The notes: generated from the sequence alone by a model not told the origin. Positions 12,538 through 27,004 are shown, counted from the first letter of the stretch. The stretch is DNA of 64,000 nucleotides from the human T2T-CHM13v2.0 reference genome, Homo sapiens (GCF_009914755.1 NC_060925.1); one strand, 5' to 3'. Numbers and translations: made by a program.

Positions 12538-14738
12538 AACATTTCTGGAGTGGGGACATGTTAACAATTGTTTTTGAAATTGCTCTTTCCCTCGCTACCT
12601 TTTTATTGGAAAATGTTCTCTGACTTGTTGGCTTTTTCAAGAATACTTTTGAGAATTCAGTATCATCACCTCTTCCCCACTCTCATAGACCTTAGAAAAA
12701 CCGGATACTTGGAGCAGATAGTATGAAACAGGCCCCCAAAGCAACTCTATGATGAATTCTAGTCTGAACACCTCTCAGGAAGTTCTTCTTCATCTCTACC
12801 CACTATCCCTCCTATTGCATTTTATCTCTGTTTCCTCTAGGTCTTTCCCCAGACGGAATGAGCATCATGCTAATACCCAGATAATTAGAAATATAGCCAA
12901 CTTTCAGTGGATTGTAAGTAGATTATGTGGCAGTTTATCTCTGGCAAATCTTGCTTTCCTCTCTTAGTTAACATCTCTGTTGCTTACTTAATTTCTTTAT
13001 TGCTTTTATAACCATTGCCATCTGCTACTGAAATTGGAGTTCAACAGGAACTAGAAGATTGAAACTTAAAATGAAAATAATTATTCTGAGGCCTGGGGAA
13101 AGTAGCAATCATGAAGGAAGGGTTGGCTCTGCTTAGACTGACCCTGGGCTACCTAGTGCCAGGTGAGCCTTCGCAGTCACCTAGTCGTCTTCCACTGGCT
13201 TACTGATGGGAAATCAAGGCCTTGATCAGGTAAGAGGCTTGTCAAATGTCACAGAGCTACTTGGAGGAAGTTCTAATACAAAGACCCAGTTCTGGATACC
13301 TCTCGAGTCTATCATGATTCTTACTTATCTGTCTTAAAGGTGAAACTGCCCATTTCCAGCATGGAATGTATTGAGCAGAATTGCACGGTGGGACAGAGCT
13401 GAGAAAATGAGATAGTTTTTAGTTTCACAGCTCCACAGGTAGTTTTTCTTCAGGGTGCAATTTCACGATTTTGTGTGCAATATCATGAATAACTAGGACA
13501 TCAGATCTCCCCATAAGAAAAAGCAAGCAGAACCAGAGACTGTAGCACATATATACCAGGACAATTTGACATAAGGAATTATTTTGTGTTTATCTACTGT
13601 TTGGATTACCTATGTGATGACTCTCTTGCATTTCTGTGGATGATGAGGAATTGGTGTTATTTATGCCTTCATGTAGGAGTCGGAATATGTGCAACATCCT
13701 CAGCATCTGGACGAAGTCCAGTCTGTATTTTTTTTTCCCATCTGCTCCTGGTATTTTAAGTAAAAATGTTTGTATCTGCATCCCCCAAGCCCTGTTGTAA
13801 ATTGTAAATCATGCCATTATATTTGGTAAAACCACAATGTCAAGCAACAATTCACAAAGCCACAAAGATTCTCTGGAGTAATTTTCCTGTTCTCATTGAT
13901 CAATTTTATATTTTCCTCTTGGCCATATGCACACATTAAATGGCACTAATTCAGTGAGAAAACTCATAAGGGATAATATTTCAAGAGGCACAAATGGCAG
14001 CAATGCCTTTACAAGTATCTGTTTTATAATTGCCTCTGCACTCTACCTGAATTCGCGCTTGCCGTTGTTTCAGTTGAGTGAAATGGACACAGAAATGGGT
14101 TGGGGGTGGGGGAGTGTGGGAAGGGGGAGGAGAATGTTTTAGTTAAATTAGGTGTAAAGCCAGGAAAATCTCAAGTCAAAAACTGTGTGGCTGCAATTAT
14201 TTCTTTCTTCTGGTGAGAATATTTATTATCTGCTCCTGAGAGATGACAGGTGGGGAGAATGGGCCAGCACTGCATGGGTGCTTACACTTGCAAAGCCCCC
14301 ATTCAGGACTTGATGGGCAAGACTGTATCTAGGTTATTGATTTCTTATTTGACATTTTTAGATTTTTTTAATGAGATTTTTTTAAAGTAAACTTTTAGGT
14401 TCAAGAATAACAAGTATACGGAAAAGTACATAATTCCTAGTTATATGAGATTTTTTTTTCCAAAGTGAATACATCTGTGTAACCAACAGGCACATCAAGA
14501 GGCAGAAACTTAGTGGCTGCTCACAACACTCCCTCTTACCCTTTCTGGTCATTATCCACTCTCCCCTAAAGCTAACTAATATTCTGGTTTCTATTGCCAT
14601 TAATTCATTATTCAGTATATATTCTTTTAGGTCTTGCTTCTTTTATTCCATGAGCATTATGTTTGTAAGATTCATTCCGTTTTTAGCGTATGGCAGTTAT
14701 TTTGTTCATTTTCACTGCTCTATTGTATTCCATTGTTT

Positions 14739-14740
14739 GT

Positions 14741-14777
<37 letters not shown>
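14739..14777. repeat. (TG)n microsatellite
   Basis: gtgtgtatgtgtgtgt... about 19 units. Confidence 0.95.
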
Positions 14778-14783
<6 letters not shown>

Positions 14784-16037
14784 TTTACCCATTCTATTAC
14801 TGGTAGACATTTGAGTTGTTTTTGAGTTTTTGGCTTTTATGAATAATAGTGTTATGAACATTCTTGTACATGTGTTTTAATACACATTGTGTGTATTATG
14901 TGGGCATGCACTACGGATGAAATTGCTGATTTATAGGGACTATCTATGTTCAGATCTATTATAATGAAGATTTCCAAAGAGTGTTTCAGAGTGGTTGTAC
15001 CAGTTGACAACAGCAAGGTATGAGAATTCCAGCTGCTCCACACCCTCACTAGCATTGAATATTGCCAGTTTTATTTAAAATGGCAGGGGCATACTGTATC
15101 TCATTGCAGTTTCAATTCTCATTTCCCACGTGCCTAATGACAGTGATCACCTTTTCATGTGTTTTTGAGAAGTGCCAGTATAAGTCTTTGCCCATATTTT
15201 AGAAATTGGGTTCTCTACTTTTTTGATTTGTTGTTCTTTATGTTTTCTAGATACAAGTCCTATGCACACTGGTGTGCACACACATATTTATTACTATTTA
15301 CATAGCAAATATCTTTCCCCATTCCGTGACATGCCTTTTCACCCTCTTAATGCTATATTTTGGTGAGCTTTAATCCCTAGTTTTAATGAAGTACAATTTA
15401 TAGTCATTTCCTTTATGGTTATTACTTTTACTTAAAGAAACAGTTACTTATATTCAGCATTATAAATATATTCTCTTATTTTTATCTTCTAGAACTGCAC
15501 TATCCAATTAAGTAACCACTAGCCTTGTGCAGTTATTTAAATTTTGTTTAACAGTTTTATTGGAGTGTAAATGACACACAATAAATGACACATTTTAAAG
15601 TGTACAGTTGGATGTTTTGACATATATACACCTGTGGAACCATTTAATCAGGATAGTAAACATAACCATCATCCCCCAAAAGCTTCCTTGTGTCTCATTG
15701 TAATGGGACAACCTTCCACCTCCCAACCTTTCATAGCCCCCCATCTTTAGGCAGCCACTGATCTGTTTTCTGTCATTGTAGATTAGTTTGTATTTTCTAG
15801 AATTTTACATAAAAGAATCATACAGCATGTAATCATTTCCCTTTTTTTTTTTGGTCTTGCTCCTGTCAGCATAATTATTTCAGAAACTTATGTTGTTCAG
15901 TATATTGATATTTCATTTCTTTTATTGTTGAGTAATTTTCCATTGTATGAATGTACTACAATTTGTTTATTCACCTGTTGATGAACATCTGTGTTGTTTT
16001 CAGTTTTTAGCTATTGTAAATAAAGCTGCTATGAACA

Positions 16038-16554
16038 TGTATTAATTTTCTATTTCTGTCATAACAAATTATCACAAATCTAGTGGCATGAAACAGCACA
16101 AATTTATTATCTTAAAGTTCTGTAGCTCAGAAGACTGATATGTGTCTCACTGGCCTAAGATCAAGGTGTCAGCAGGACTGAGTTCCTTTCTAGAAACCCT
16201 AGAGGAGAGTCTGTTTCCTGGCCTTTTCCAGTTTCTAGAGGTTAACCACGTTCCTAGCTCATGGACTGCTTCCTCTGTCTTCAAAGCCAGAAATATTGCA
16301 TCTCTCTGACTTGTCTGATATGATCACATCTCTCTCTGACCACAGCTGGGAACAAATCTCTCTCTGCTTTTAAGAACTCTTGTGATTGGATCAAGTCTAC
16401 CCTCATAATCCAGGATAATTTTCTCACATCAAAGTCAGTAACCTTAATTACAACTGCAAAGCCCCCTTTTCAGTGTAAGGTAAAATATTCACAGCTTCCA
16501 GGGATTAGAGTGTGGACATTTGGAAGATTGGTGTTGATTATTTTGCCTATTCTA
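16038..16554 (-). mobile_element. MLT1D-like MaLR LTR
   Basis: tgtattaattttctatt...aacagcacaaatttattatctta...aagatcaaggtgtcagcagg...ccagggattagagtgtggacat. Confidence 0.85.
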
Positions 16555-17507
16555 AATTGTTCTTTAATTTCCTTTAGGTTAATACCTAGGCATGAAATGG
16601 CTGGATCATACGGTGTGTGTTTAACCTTTTAGAAAACTGAAAAATGGTTTTCCAAAGTGGCTGTAACATTTTACGTTGCCATTATCAATTTATGAGAGTT
16701 CCAGTTGCTGCGTATTCTCACCAACACTTGGTTTTCTGTGTTTTTGATGATAGCGATTATAGTTGGTGTATAGTGCCATCTCATTGTGACATTAATTTTA
16801 ATTTCCCAAATGACTAATGATGTTGAGCATTTTTTATGTGTTTGGGTAAGTATCTATTCAAATCTTTTGCCCATTTAAAAAATTATTGTTTGGTTACTAT
16901 TATTGAGTGTTGAAAGTTAAGAAAATATTATGGACTTACGTCTGTTATCAGATATATGACTTACAAATATTTTCTCCCAGTCTGTGGCTTGTTTTTTCCT
17001 TCTCTGAAGACTGTCTTTCAAAAAGCAGACAATTTAATTTTGAGAAAGTCCAATTTATAAATTTGTTCTTTTATAGAACTGCTTTTGTTGTATGTCTAAG
17101 ACATTTTTCCCTAATACACATCACGAAGATTTTTTCTTACCTTTTTTTTTTTTACTGTGTATTAGTGTTTGTTTTTTCATTTAACAACATGCAGATAAGC
17201 AAAAAAAAAAAGCACTTACTCATTTGGTTAACATTTATACTGTTCTCCCATTATTTGTATAGTTGCTATTTCCATCTGGTATCACTTTCCTTCTGCCTAA
17301 AGGACGTCCTTTAACATTTCTTGGAGTACAGATATCCTGGTGATGAATTGTGTCAGCTTTTGTATTTCTGAAAAAGTCTTCATTTCACCTTGAGTTTTGA
17401 AAGATATTCTTGTTGGGTATAGAATTCTAGATTACACCTTTAAAAAAAATTCCCTTAAGTATCTTAAAGATATTCCACTATTTTCTCATCTGCATTGTTT
17501 CCAATGA

Positions 17508-17845
<338 letters not shown>

Positions 17846-20800
17846 TATCTTTGTTTCTCTATATAACTGACTGTTTTTTTTTTCTTCTGATTGCTTTTAA
17901 GATTTTCTCAGTCACTGGTATAGGACAATTAGATTACTATGTGCCTTGTTGTATTTTTTCTGTGTTTCTTTTTGTGGGGCTAGTAGAATGTTTTAAATTT
18001 GTGGGTTTATGGTTTTTATCAAATTTGGAAATTTTTCAACCATTATTTCTTCAAGTAATTTTTCTCTTTCTGCCTCCTCTTCTTTGATGATTCCATTTAC
18101 AGCACTCCTATAATTAAGCTGCTTAGAGTGGTCCCACAGCATACTCATGCTGTCTTTATTTTTAGAAAATTCATTTTTCTGTGCTTCATTTTAAATAGTT
18201 TTTATTGTAATATTTTCAAGTTTACTAATATTTCTCCTGGAATGTCTATTCTGCTGTTAATTTCACTTAGAATATTTTCCATCTCAGACATTGTAGTTTT
18301 CTTTCTAGAAATTTATCTTTTAAAAAATATCTTCCAGTCCTCTACTTAAATTTTGTACATGTGGAATAGTGATAATAACCATTTTAATGTTCTTGTCTGC
18401 TAATTCTAACATTTGTGTCAGTTCTGGTTCTGCTTTGAATAATTTTTATTCTCATTATTGTTTGTTTTATCCTGTTTTTGCATAACTGGTAAAATTTTAT
18501 TTTATGCAAGACATTGTAAATATTGCCTCATTGGGTACTAGATATTTTTATATTCCTGTAAGTATTCTTAGACTTTGTTTGGGGAAGTAGACAAGTTATT
18601 TGAAACAGTTTCATACTTTTCAATCTTGTTTGTAAGCTTTGTTAAGCAGAAACAGAGCAGTGTTTAGTTTATGTTTGCTCACTAATGAGGGAAGCCTCTG
18701 TGAGTACTCTACCTGATGCCCTGTGAATTATGAGGTTTTCCAATTTGGCTGGTGGGAACAGGTACTATTTCCAGCTTTGTGTCAATGCTGAGTACTGTTC
18801 TTTCTAATCCTTTCTTGTTGTTCTTTCCTGGGACTTGGGTAATTTCCTGACACACATGTTAATTAGTTCTTTGTTAAATACTTGATGGGAACTTGTGCAG
18901 ATCTACAGAGTTTTCTATACACAGCTATCTCTCTGCCCCAGCCCCCACCCCTGTACTCTTTCCTGCCAACCCTAGCAGCCTTGATTTCCTTGGAGTCTGA
19001 ATTCCATCTCCTCAAGTCAGAGAGTCCTCTGGGCTCTGCCTGAGTTCTCTCCCTGCTGCACATCCTGGAATCCTCTCAAGGCATTATGCTGAAGCAGTTG
19101 TAGGGCTCCCCTTGTTTGTTATGTCTTTCAGGGGTCGCTATTCTTTGTTGCTCAATATTGTGTTTAGAAAAACATTGCTTTGTAGTTTTGTCCTTTTTGG
19201 GAGTTTCTCAGGTAGAAGGGTAAAGCTGGCTTTCCAGTCCCTCTGGGTTGAACGCAACAGTCTTTGTGACAATTTAAATTTGAATTATTTTGTAAGTGAA
19301 ATAAGGTAAAGTAAAATTAAATTAAATAAAAAGTTCAGTTCTTGAATCACAATGACTGCATTTCGAGTGTTCAATAGCTATATGTGGTTAATGTACAGCA
19401 TTGTACTGTATAAATATAAAACATTTTCATCCCTATAGAAAGTTTAAGTGGAAAACTCTGTGATAGAATTATAATTTATTTATTTTACAAAAAGTACCTG
19501 GGTCTATTGTTCTGTATAGTATAACTTAAGAGTCAGGATAATATTGTTTTTTCAACATGGATGTCCAGGTGTGTTGTTTATCCTTGACTTTTGCATTTAT
19601 ACTAAATTTTTAGAAACATCAATTCCCAGAGGGAAAAAACATTCTGGGATATTGATTGGAATGCGTTGACTCTACATATCAAGTAGGGAGACCTGATGTC
19701 TTTAAAATTTACATTCTTCTTATTTATGAATATTGTTTATTCCTTTATTTGTTTAGACATTCTCTAACTCTTCTCAGTGATAATATTTTATAGCTCTCTT
19801 GGCAAAGGTTTTAGACACTTTTCAACAGATTTACTCCTAGGTATTTGAAATTTTGGTTGTTTTCATAAATAACATAATTTTCAAAATTTCATTTTCTAGT
19901 CTTTTGTTTCTGATACATAGAAATGCAATCCATTTTGTATATTGACCATTTGTCAGTGGCCTTGATGAACTCACTTATGTATTTTATCTGTGGATTATTT
20001 TTGGAATTTGTTTGTAACCAATTATATATCTATGGATAATGAGAGTTTTATATTTTCCTTTCAAATCTGTAGACTGTTTATATCTTTTTATTGCCGTATT
20101 ACATTGACTAGGACCTCTAGGAGTATATTGTTCAACACTGTTGATGATAATAGACATCCCTATTTTGTCCCTGATCTCAGAGTAAAAACCTTCAGTATTG
20201 CACTATGAAAGTATGATGTGTGCTATAATTTTTCGAAGATCCCCTTTATCAAATTAAGGAAGTTCTTTTTAAAATTTCTAGATTGCAAAGAATATTTTTA
20301 AAAATTATAAACAGGTGTTGGATATTATTAAATGTTTTTTCTGCATCTATTGAAATGGTTATATATTTTGTTCTTCATCTTTTTGGTCAATGAGATAAAT
20401 TGCATTGACTGATGTTCAAATTCTAAATTAACACTGTATTCTTTGAATAAAATTATTTGGTTGTAATGTAATTTTTTTATGTATCACAGGATTCTTTTTG
20501 CTTATATTTTTGTTAGGACTTTTGAGTTTAAAAGAGATAACCGCTTGTTTTTTTACTCTTGTGATGTGCTTGTTTGGTTTTGCTACCAAGGTTATACTGG
20601 TTTTACATTATAAGCTTCAAAAAGTTGATGTAAGATTGGGGCTTCTTTCTTAAATATTTAGAAAAATTAACAGATAAGGATATCTGGGTCTAGAATTTTC
20701 TTTGTGGGTGAGTTTTAAACTATCAATTCAATTTACTAAATAGATACACACTATTCAGATTTTTTATTTGCTATTGTGTCAGGTTTGCTATATTGTGTTT

Positions 20801-21832
20801 TTAAATTAATTTGTCGATTTTGCTTAATTTTTCTGCCTTTTGTTTTTTTTTGTTTATAATTCGCTGGGATTTTTTTAGCTTTTTGACTTGAATGCTTAGA
20901 TAATTAATTTTCAGCCTTTACAATCTCCTAATATGTGAATTTAAAGCTTAAGTTTTCCTCTAAACACTGCTTTAGTTGCATTTTACAAGTTTTAGTAATA
21001 TATTTTATATTTCATTCAAAATATTTTCTGATTTTCTTTTTGATTTCTTCTTTGATTTATGTTATTTATAAATTTATTTCAATTCATTTTTTTACTCTGT
21101 GTCTGTTTCTTCATTTTCTGTGTATCTATCTTCCAGTTGAATAACTTCTTCTGCTGTATCTAATCTGGTGTTCAACTCATCTCTTTACTTCTTAACATTT
21201 GTAATTGTATTTTTGATGTGTTAGAAGTTATATCTGATTCCTTTAAAAATAATTTTCTGGTGACATTTCCGTTTTGCCATCCATTTTCTTGAACACATTA
21301 ATTATAATAGTTTCTGATCAATGTCTGATACCTCAAATATCTGGATCATTTTTGAGTCTGTTTCTATTGTCTGTTTTTTCTCCATAGTCTCAGTCATTTG
21401 GTCTTATCTCCTTGTATGACTCATAATTTTCTATTAAGTGCTGGATATTGTATATGAAAAATCATGAGTTTCTGATGATACTATTTTCCTCTAGAGAAGA
21501 TTTAATTTTCTTTTTTTGACCAGTAATTAGAAAAGGGCAAATTACTCTGAGTCAATTGTGAATTGAGATGGTTCAAGTCAGTTTCAGGTTTATATGAGTT
21601 GGTTAATTTCTAGTTTCCCTTTCTGGCATCTCAACTGAAAGTCAGGTGTCTAATTGAGGCTGCTCCTCCTTAGTGGGCTTCATAGTCTACTTTGTCTTTA
21701 TACTAAAAACAGCTTACAAAATTTTTTCTTGCATTTGTAGCCATTTAATACCTATTTTCTACTTGAATTCTCAGCCTCTCATTCTAGTACAGCTTAGGAT
21801 TCAGCAAATACTTCAACAACAAAAGCTATTGA

Positions 21833-22185
<353 letters not shown>

Positions 22186-22589
22186 AGAATCTTGGTTTCT
22201 TAAGTTATAACTGCCTTGATACACCTGAATTCCAACTTTTGTATTCCCAACACCATGGGGTTTCCAAATGCTCTAGGTCACGTTGCCCCATGATGTGAAT
22301 TGGCATATGCCCTTACAGGAAAAACCAGCACAGAAAGTCTAGCTCACTTCAATGTGTGTTTCTCATTTCTCCAGGATATTAATTTTCACTCTCTGATGCC
22401 CCACCCCCACCCATGTTTTATAATTCTTCTTGGCAGACACATTGGTTTGATGCAAGCAACTCATCCATAGTTAAATTGACGATTAATTTTCTTGCTAAGA
22501 GTTGCTTATTCTTATTGGTAGAACTAAGAAGTATTTATTGGTGTGAGCACTGACTCCAGGTGGTTTAAGATAGCTAGCAAAGGCCTAAT

Positions 22590-22760
22590 GTGTTGTTGTG
22601 GTTGGGTTTTGTGGAAACAGATACTGAGAGAGGTTGAAGTGCCAGATGTTTATTAAGGAGCAGCACCTGTGAAAGGAAGGGGCAGGAAGCAGGATTGAAA
22701 AGAGGGAAAATTTGAACTCAGATGCAGGCCTCACAATGACTCAGCAAGCTTGGCAAGGAA
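22590..22760 (-). mobile_element. LTR16-like ERVL LTR fragment
   Basis: ggttgggttttgtggaaacagatactgaga...gtttatt...cacctgtgaaagg...aagcaggattg. Confidence 0.55.
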
Positions 22761-22939
22761 ATGAGAACATGGGTATAAAATAGTTTCATTATTATGAACC
22801 CTTCTTAAAATGGTTCTTATTATCCTGTTATCACTTTTACTGTGTAATTATGGGGTGCAGTTGGGCCAGAATTATTTGTAAGAAGGTGTTGGTGAATCAA
22901 TAAAAGACCAGTGAGAGAGGCAGAGATGGAGCAAGAGTG

Positions 22940-22976
22940 GGAGAGAGAGAGAGAGAAGGAGAGAGAGAGAGAGAGC
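22940..22976. repeat. (GA)n microsatellite
   Basis: gagagagagagagagaaggagagagagagagagag. Confidence 0.9.
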
Positions 22977-23685
22977 GAAAAGATTAATGAGGCAAGTGAT
23001 GCAATAATATGCCATTAAGCTATTGGTTAATGGCATTAATTTATTGAAAGGGGCTTCTACATCAGCCTATAGAAAGCAGTACCTATCTCCTGCCAATGGT
23101 ACATAGCTACGGTTTTCTGTTGGTTTGATTATGACATGCCTTGCCTTGTTCATGAGACAATTACCTTCCATTGGAATGTTTTTTATTATGTGCATAATCA
23201 GATACATTGCACAGCAAGGGGGTGTGAAAAAATCTTTACTAGTTCCATTGTGAAGTCAAACGCTTTCCATCATCCTTCCCCAACTCCCTACGAGCTCAAA
23301 AATGCCAGCCGCAGCTGGCAAAAGCACTATAAAAACAAAAGTAGTTATTGAGCATCCTATATGTCAGGCTCAGGGCTAAGTCCAGAAGACTTGAAGACAA
23401 GTCACAACCAAATGATGTAAGAAAATTCACAAAGAAAGCAAGAAAATGAGGAGGTGGATGTGAAGACTTCTTTCTCTTTTCTCCTAGTTTGAGAACTTTG
23501 TAACTCACTTCTTTCTAGGCTTAAAAAGTTTTGGGGAAGTGCTAGGTTTGAACTGCAAAATGTTAATATAAACAAGTAACTCTCTTATGAATGCTATGAT
23601 TAAATGACAGAATCATAAAGCTGTTTTTGTGCTCATTCCAATGACCTAGGGAAAAACAACTTTAGGTGTACATATTAATGGAACT

Positions 23686-23709
23686 AAAAAAAAAAAAAAA
23701 AAAAAAAAA
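23686..23709. repeat. Isolated A24 tract
   Basis: 24 consecutive A, flanked by gaact on both sides. Confidence 0.95.
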
Positions 23710-23869
23710 GAACTCTATTATCCCATAACACCGGGTTCTTTGCACAAACCAAGTTCAAGCAAGAGGAGAAGCCTCATGGAAAAGGTGAGATTTGAGTTGG
23801 CCCTGTCAGAATGGGTAGGATAGTCTTCTTGTAGCATTTCTCATAGATGGTGAGTGTTTGTGGGTAATA

Positions 23870-24195
23870 CTGATAATGGCTACATTTACCTAGATCTTAC
23901 TACAGGTCTGCCCCTGTGCTGAGGGCTTCCCACCCATCACCCTAGTTAAGCCTCATAGCCATTGTGTGAGGTGGGTAAAATTAGCATCCTTATTTATAGA
24001 GGGGAAGCCTTGAGAGCTCAGACTTGGAGCAGCCAGAGCAGACTGGATGCATGTGAAAACTGCTGAGGAACTTTGAAAAAACACTCATGTCTGGGCTCTC
24101 CCCCGTTCAAGTGGAAGCTAATCTGTAGAGGTCAGCTCCGGCCATTGAGCATACACAGCTCTTCGGGGGATTCTGATAAACAGGGAGGGTTAAGG
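23870..24195. mobile_element. MIR fragment (minus strand) followed by a MER5-like fragment
   Basis: gtgaggtgggtaaaattagcatccttatttatagaggggaagcc; aactttgaaaaaacactcatgtctggg...ggggattctgat. Confidence 0.55.
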
Positions 24196-24457
24196 AATTA
24201 TCTCATATAGAGTAAATTCAGTGCTATACTTCACATAGGCCCCTTTAAACAGAATTTTAAATGTATCAGCAGTTGTACAGGAAAGTCTACGAAATTCTCC
24301 TTAGCCTAACACCCAGTTTAAAAACATCGCTGATATCCTTGGGGTTCCTCAACTTCATCTGTCTCTCTCTCTTTCTTTCTTCCTTCACCAGGGAGTCACT
24401 ACCTTAAATTTTGAGTTTTTTATGTATTTCCTTAGTCTCTTTTAAAAACTGACTTCC

Positions 24458-25092
24458 TCTGTAACCACCATTATATTCTCTGCTCCTATGGGTTCAATTG
24501 TTTCAGGTTCCACATATAATTGAGAACATGTCGTATTTGTCTTTCTGTGCCTGGCTTATTTCACTCAGCATAACGTTTTCTAATGTCATTCACATTGTTG
24601 TAAGTGACAGAATTTCCTTCTTTTTAAAGACTGAATAGTATTCTTTTGGGTGTATATACCACATTTGCTTCATCCGTCTGTTGATGGACACTTAATTTGA
24701 TTCCATAACTTGGTTATTGTACATAGTGCTGCGACAGACCTTGGGTGCAGACATCTCTTTGACAAATGGATCTCAGCAAAGGCTAAAGAGTGTGAGGAGT
24801 GGTGAGATGATGGTCAAAGGGAACCAAATCTCACACAAGAGGAATATGCAGTTTTTTTGAGTTCTATTGGATAGTGTGGTGAATATAGTTAATATCTGTT
24901 ATAGAGTATTATACATTTTGAAATTGCTGAGTAATTTTCAAATGTTCTCAACACAAAAAGTGTTAAGTATTTGAGGTGATGGTTATGTTAACTAGCTTGA
25001 TTTAATTATTGCACATTGTATTTACAAATTATAGCTTTACTTTGTACCCATAAATTTATACAGTTATAAACTTTCAATTTTCAATTTAAAAA
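24458..25092 (+). mobile_element. Short 5'-inverted L1MA insertion
   Basis: 24458-24772 is antisense L1 3' region, 24773-25092 is the sense L1MA 3' end; TSD-like ctgacttcc / ctaacttcc. Confidence 0.85.
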
Positions 25093-25339
25093 GAGGCTAA
25101 CTTCCCATCACTTCTGTGGGAGGAGAGACTTTGCCATGAGTAACAGTGGCTCTTTAAGATGTAATTTTGAATGTGTGTGTGGGGAGGTAGGCATGTTCCT
25201 TAAGGGAAGACATACCAGAATCTCTTGGAAAGGAACTTTGTCTAATTTGGAAAAGAAAGCCAGGCAATTCTGACACTACCCTGATTCCTACGAGTGCCTC
25301 TCCAATTATGGTATTTGTTCCTCTGCTCATTATCTATAC

Positions 25340-25745
25340 CCTCTGCTCCCATAACACCACATAGCCCTTTTGAAGGCAGGGACTTTGTCCTATTCATCAT
25401 TCTACCCCCTGTGCCCAGAACAGTGCCCACACTCAGTAGGTGTTCAACAGACATTTTTTGATGGAATGAAAGAATCACTGAACCATGAGCTTCTTAACAG
25501 TTGGGAGCTTTTAAAATAATATAGTCTAGCAGAAAGGTCAAGAACATGAATTTTAGGGGTAGAAAACTTGGGTTGGGATCCCAAACCTGCCACTTCTGAT
25601 CTGTTACGTGTCTTGGACAGAGCTACTCAACTATTCTAAACCTTAGTTTCCTCATCTGTAAAGTGGAAGCTGCTCCTGAATTGTATTGTGGAGAGGATTA
25701 ACTACTACAATGTACATATGTGTTAAGTGTACTAAATGATAACAA
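25340..25745 (+). mobile_element. L2 3' end (25340-25480) and MIR (25520-25745)
   Basis: gaaggcagggactttgtc...cagtaggtgttcaac; ccttagtttcctcatctgtaaagtgg. Confidence 0.8.
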
Positions 25746-26727
25746 TGTATGTGAAATTTGTTTTGCCATGGTGGTTGGCAGGTACCCAGTGCTCCTATTA
25801 GCATTAGCTATGGTGGTGGACTTCCATGGGGTTGTTTCTGTACACATCTCTTTTCTCGGGAACTGCTCTCTCAATAGCCAAATGGCTCCCCTGGGGACGC
25901 TGTGTTCCTACATGGCCTTGTCCCATGGCCACATGTAGCTGTTTCCTTCCAGGCACTTGATCCATCTGGGATGAATCAAATTGCTGCCCTCTGGCCACAG
26001 TTCAGGAGTGGGCACCCAAAACCTACTGGACCACTGGACTCCTTTCTCAGGGTTTTTTTTTTTTTTAGGACTTGCAACAAGAGCATTGGGGTGTCTCTTT
26101 ATCCTCCTGGTAGCTGACACTATTAGATGCAGAATTTGAGAACTGTTGGCGGCGATGTTTCTCACTAGTAAGAATTAAGCCAATATTCTGATAGAAGTGG
26201 AGGTTGGAAATGGAAGCAATTTGGCAGAGTAGGAGTCCTGTACTAGGCTTACCTGAGATCCAGCTACTTTTCTACCTTTTCTAGGCTATGACGATGGCAG
26301 AGCCAGCCCATACGGTGCCATTGTTTAAGTTGAGGAAGTCTTTATTTCTCAACATGATTCACTTTTACCTGTCAGAAAATTGTCATATCACTTGAATATT
26401 GTTGGGACAAGACACCTGTCATCTAAAAATTTGTTATAGTCCATATACAAATCTGTGATGTCCGTGATGTTCACATGCCCCTTTGTAGGGTTGTACAGTG
26501 TACAACCTGCACAACTCATCACAGTGGTGCTATCTATTGGACAAACTCCTTGGCCTTTTGGATTTCTGTACATTTTAGCCAGGGGTCCTAATTAATAGTT
26601 CAAAGACCATGTATTTTGTCTATATGGAAACGTGCTGGGCTGGGTTCTTGGGCATTCCTTTCCTGTGACTGGGAGACTGGCTGGGGGTAGCTGTCAGGTG
26701 GAGGTGAGCTGTCGGAAGTTTTGTTGT

Positions 26728-27004
26728 GGCCAGGTGTGGTGACTCATGCCTGTAATCATAGCACTTTGGGAGCGTGAGGTGGGCAGATTGCTTGAGCCTA
26801 GGAGTTTGCAACCAGCCTGGGCAACATGGCGAAACCCCGTCTCTACTAAAAATATAAAAAAATTAGCTAGGTGTGGTGGTGCATGCCTATAGTCCCAGCT
26901 ACTGGGGAGGCTGAGGTGGGAGGATCACCTGAAAGCTGCAGTGAGATCGCGCCACTGCACTTGAGCCTGGGCAATCAGAATGAGACCCTGTCTCAAAAAA
27001 AAAA
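26728..27004 (+). mobile_element. AluJ element
   Basis: ggccaggtgtggtgactcatgcctgtaatc...ttgcttgagcctaggagttt...gagaccctgtctcaaaa; TSD-like gaagtttt. Confidence 0.95.

Noticed and set aside
25770-26210. Possible LTR33/ERVL-like LTR
   Set aside because: Similarity too weak to call without a Dfam search
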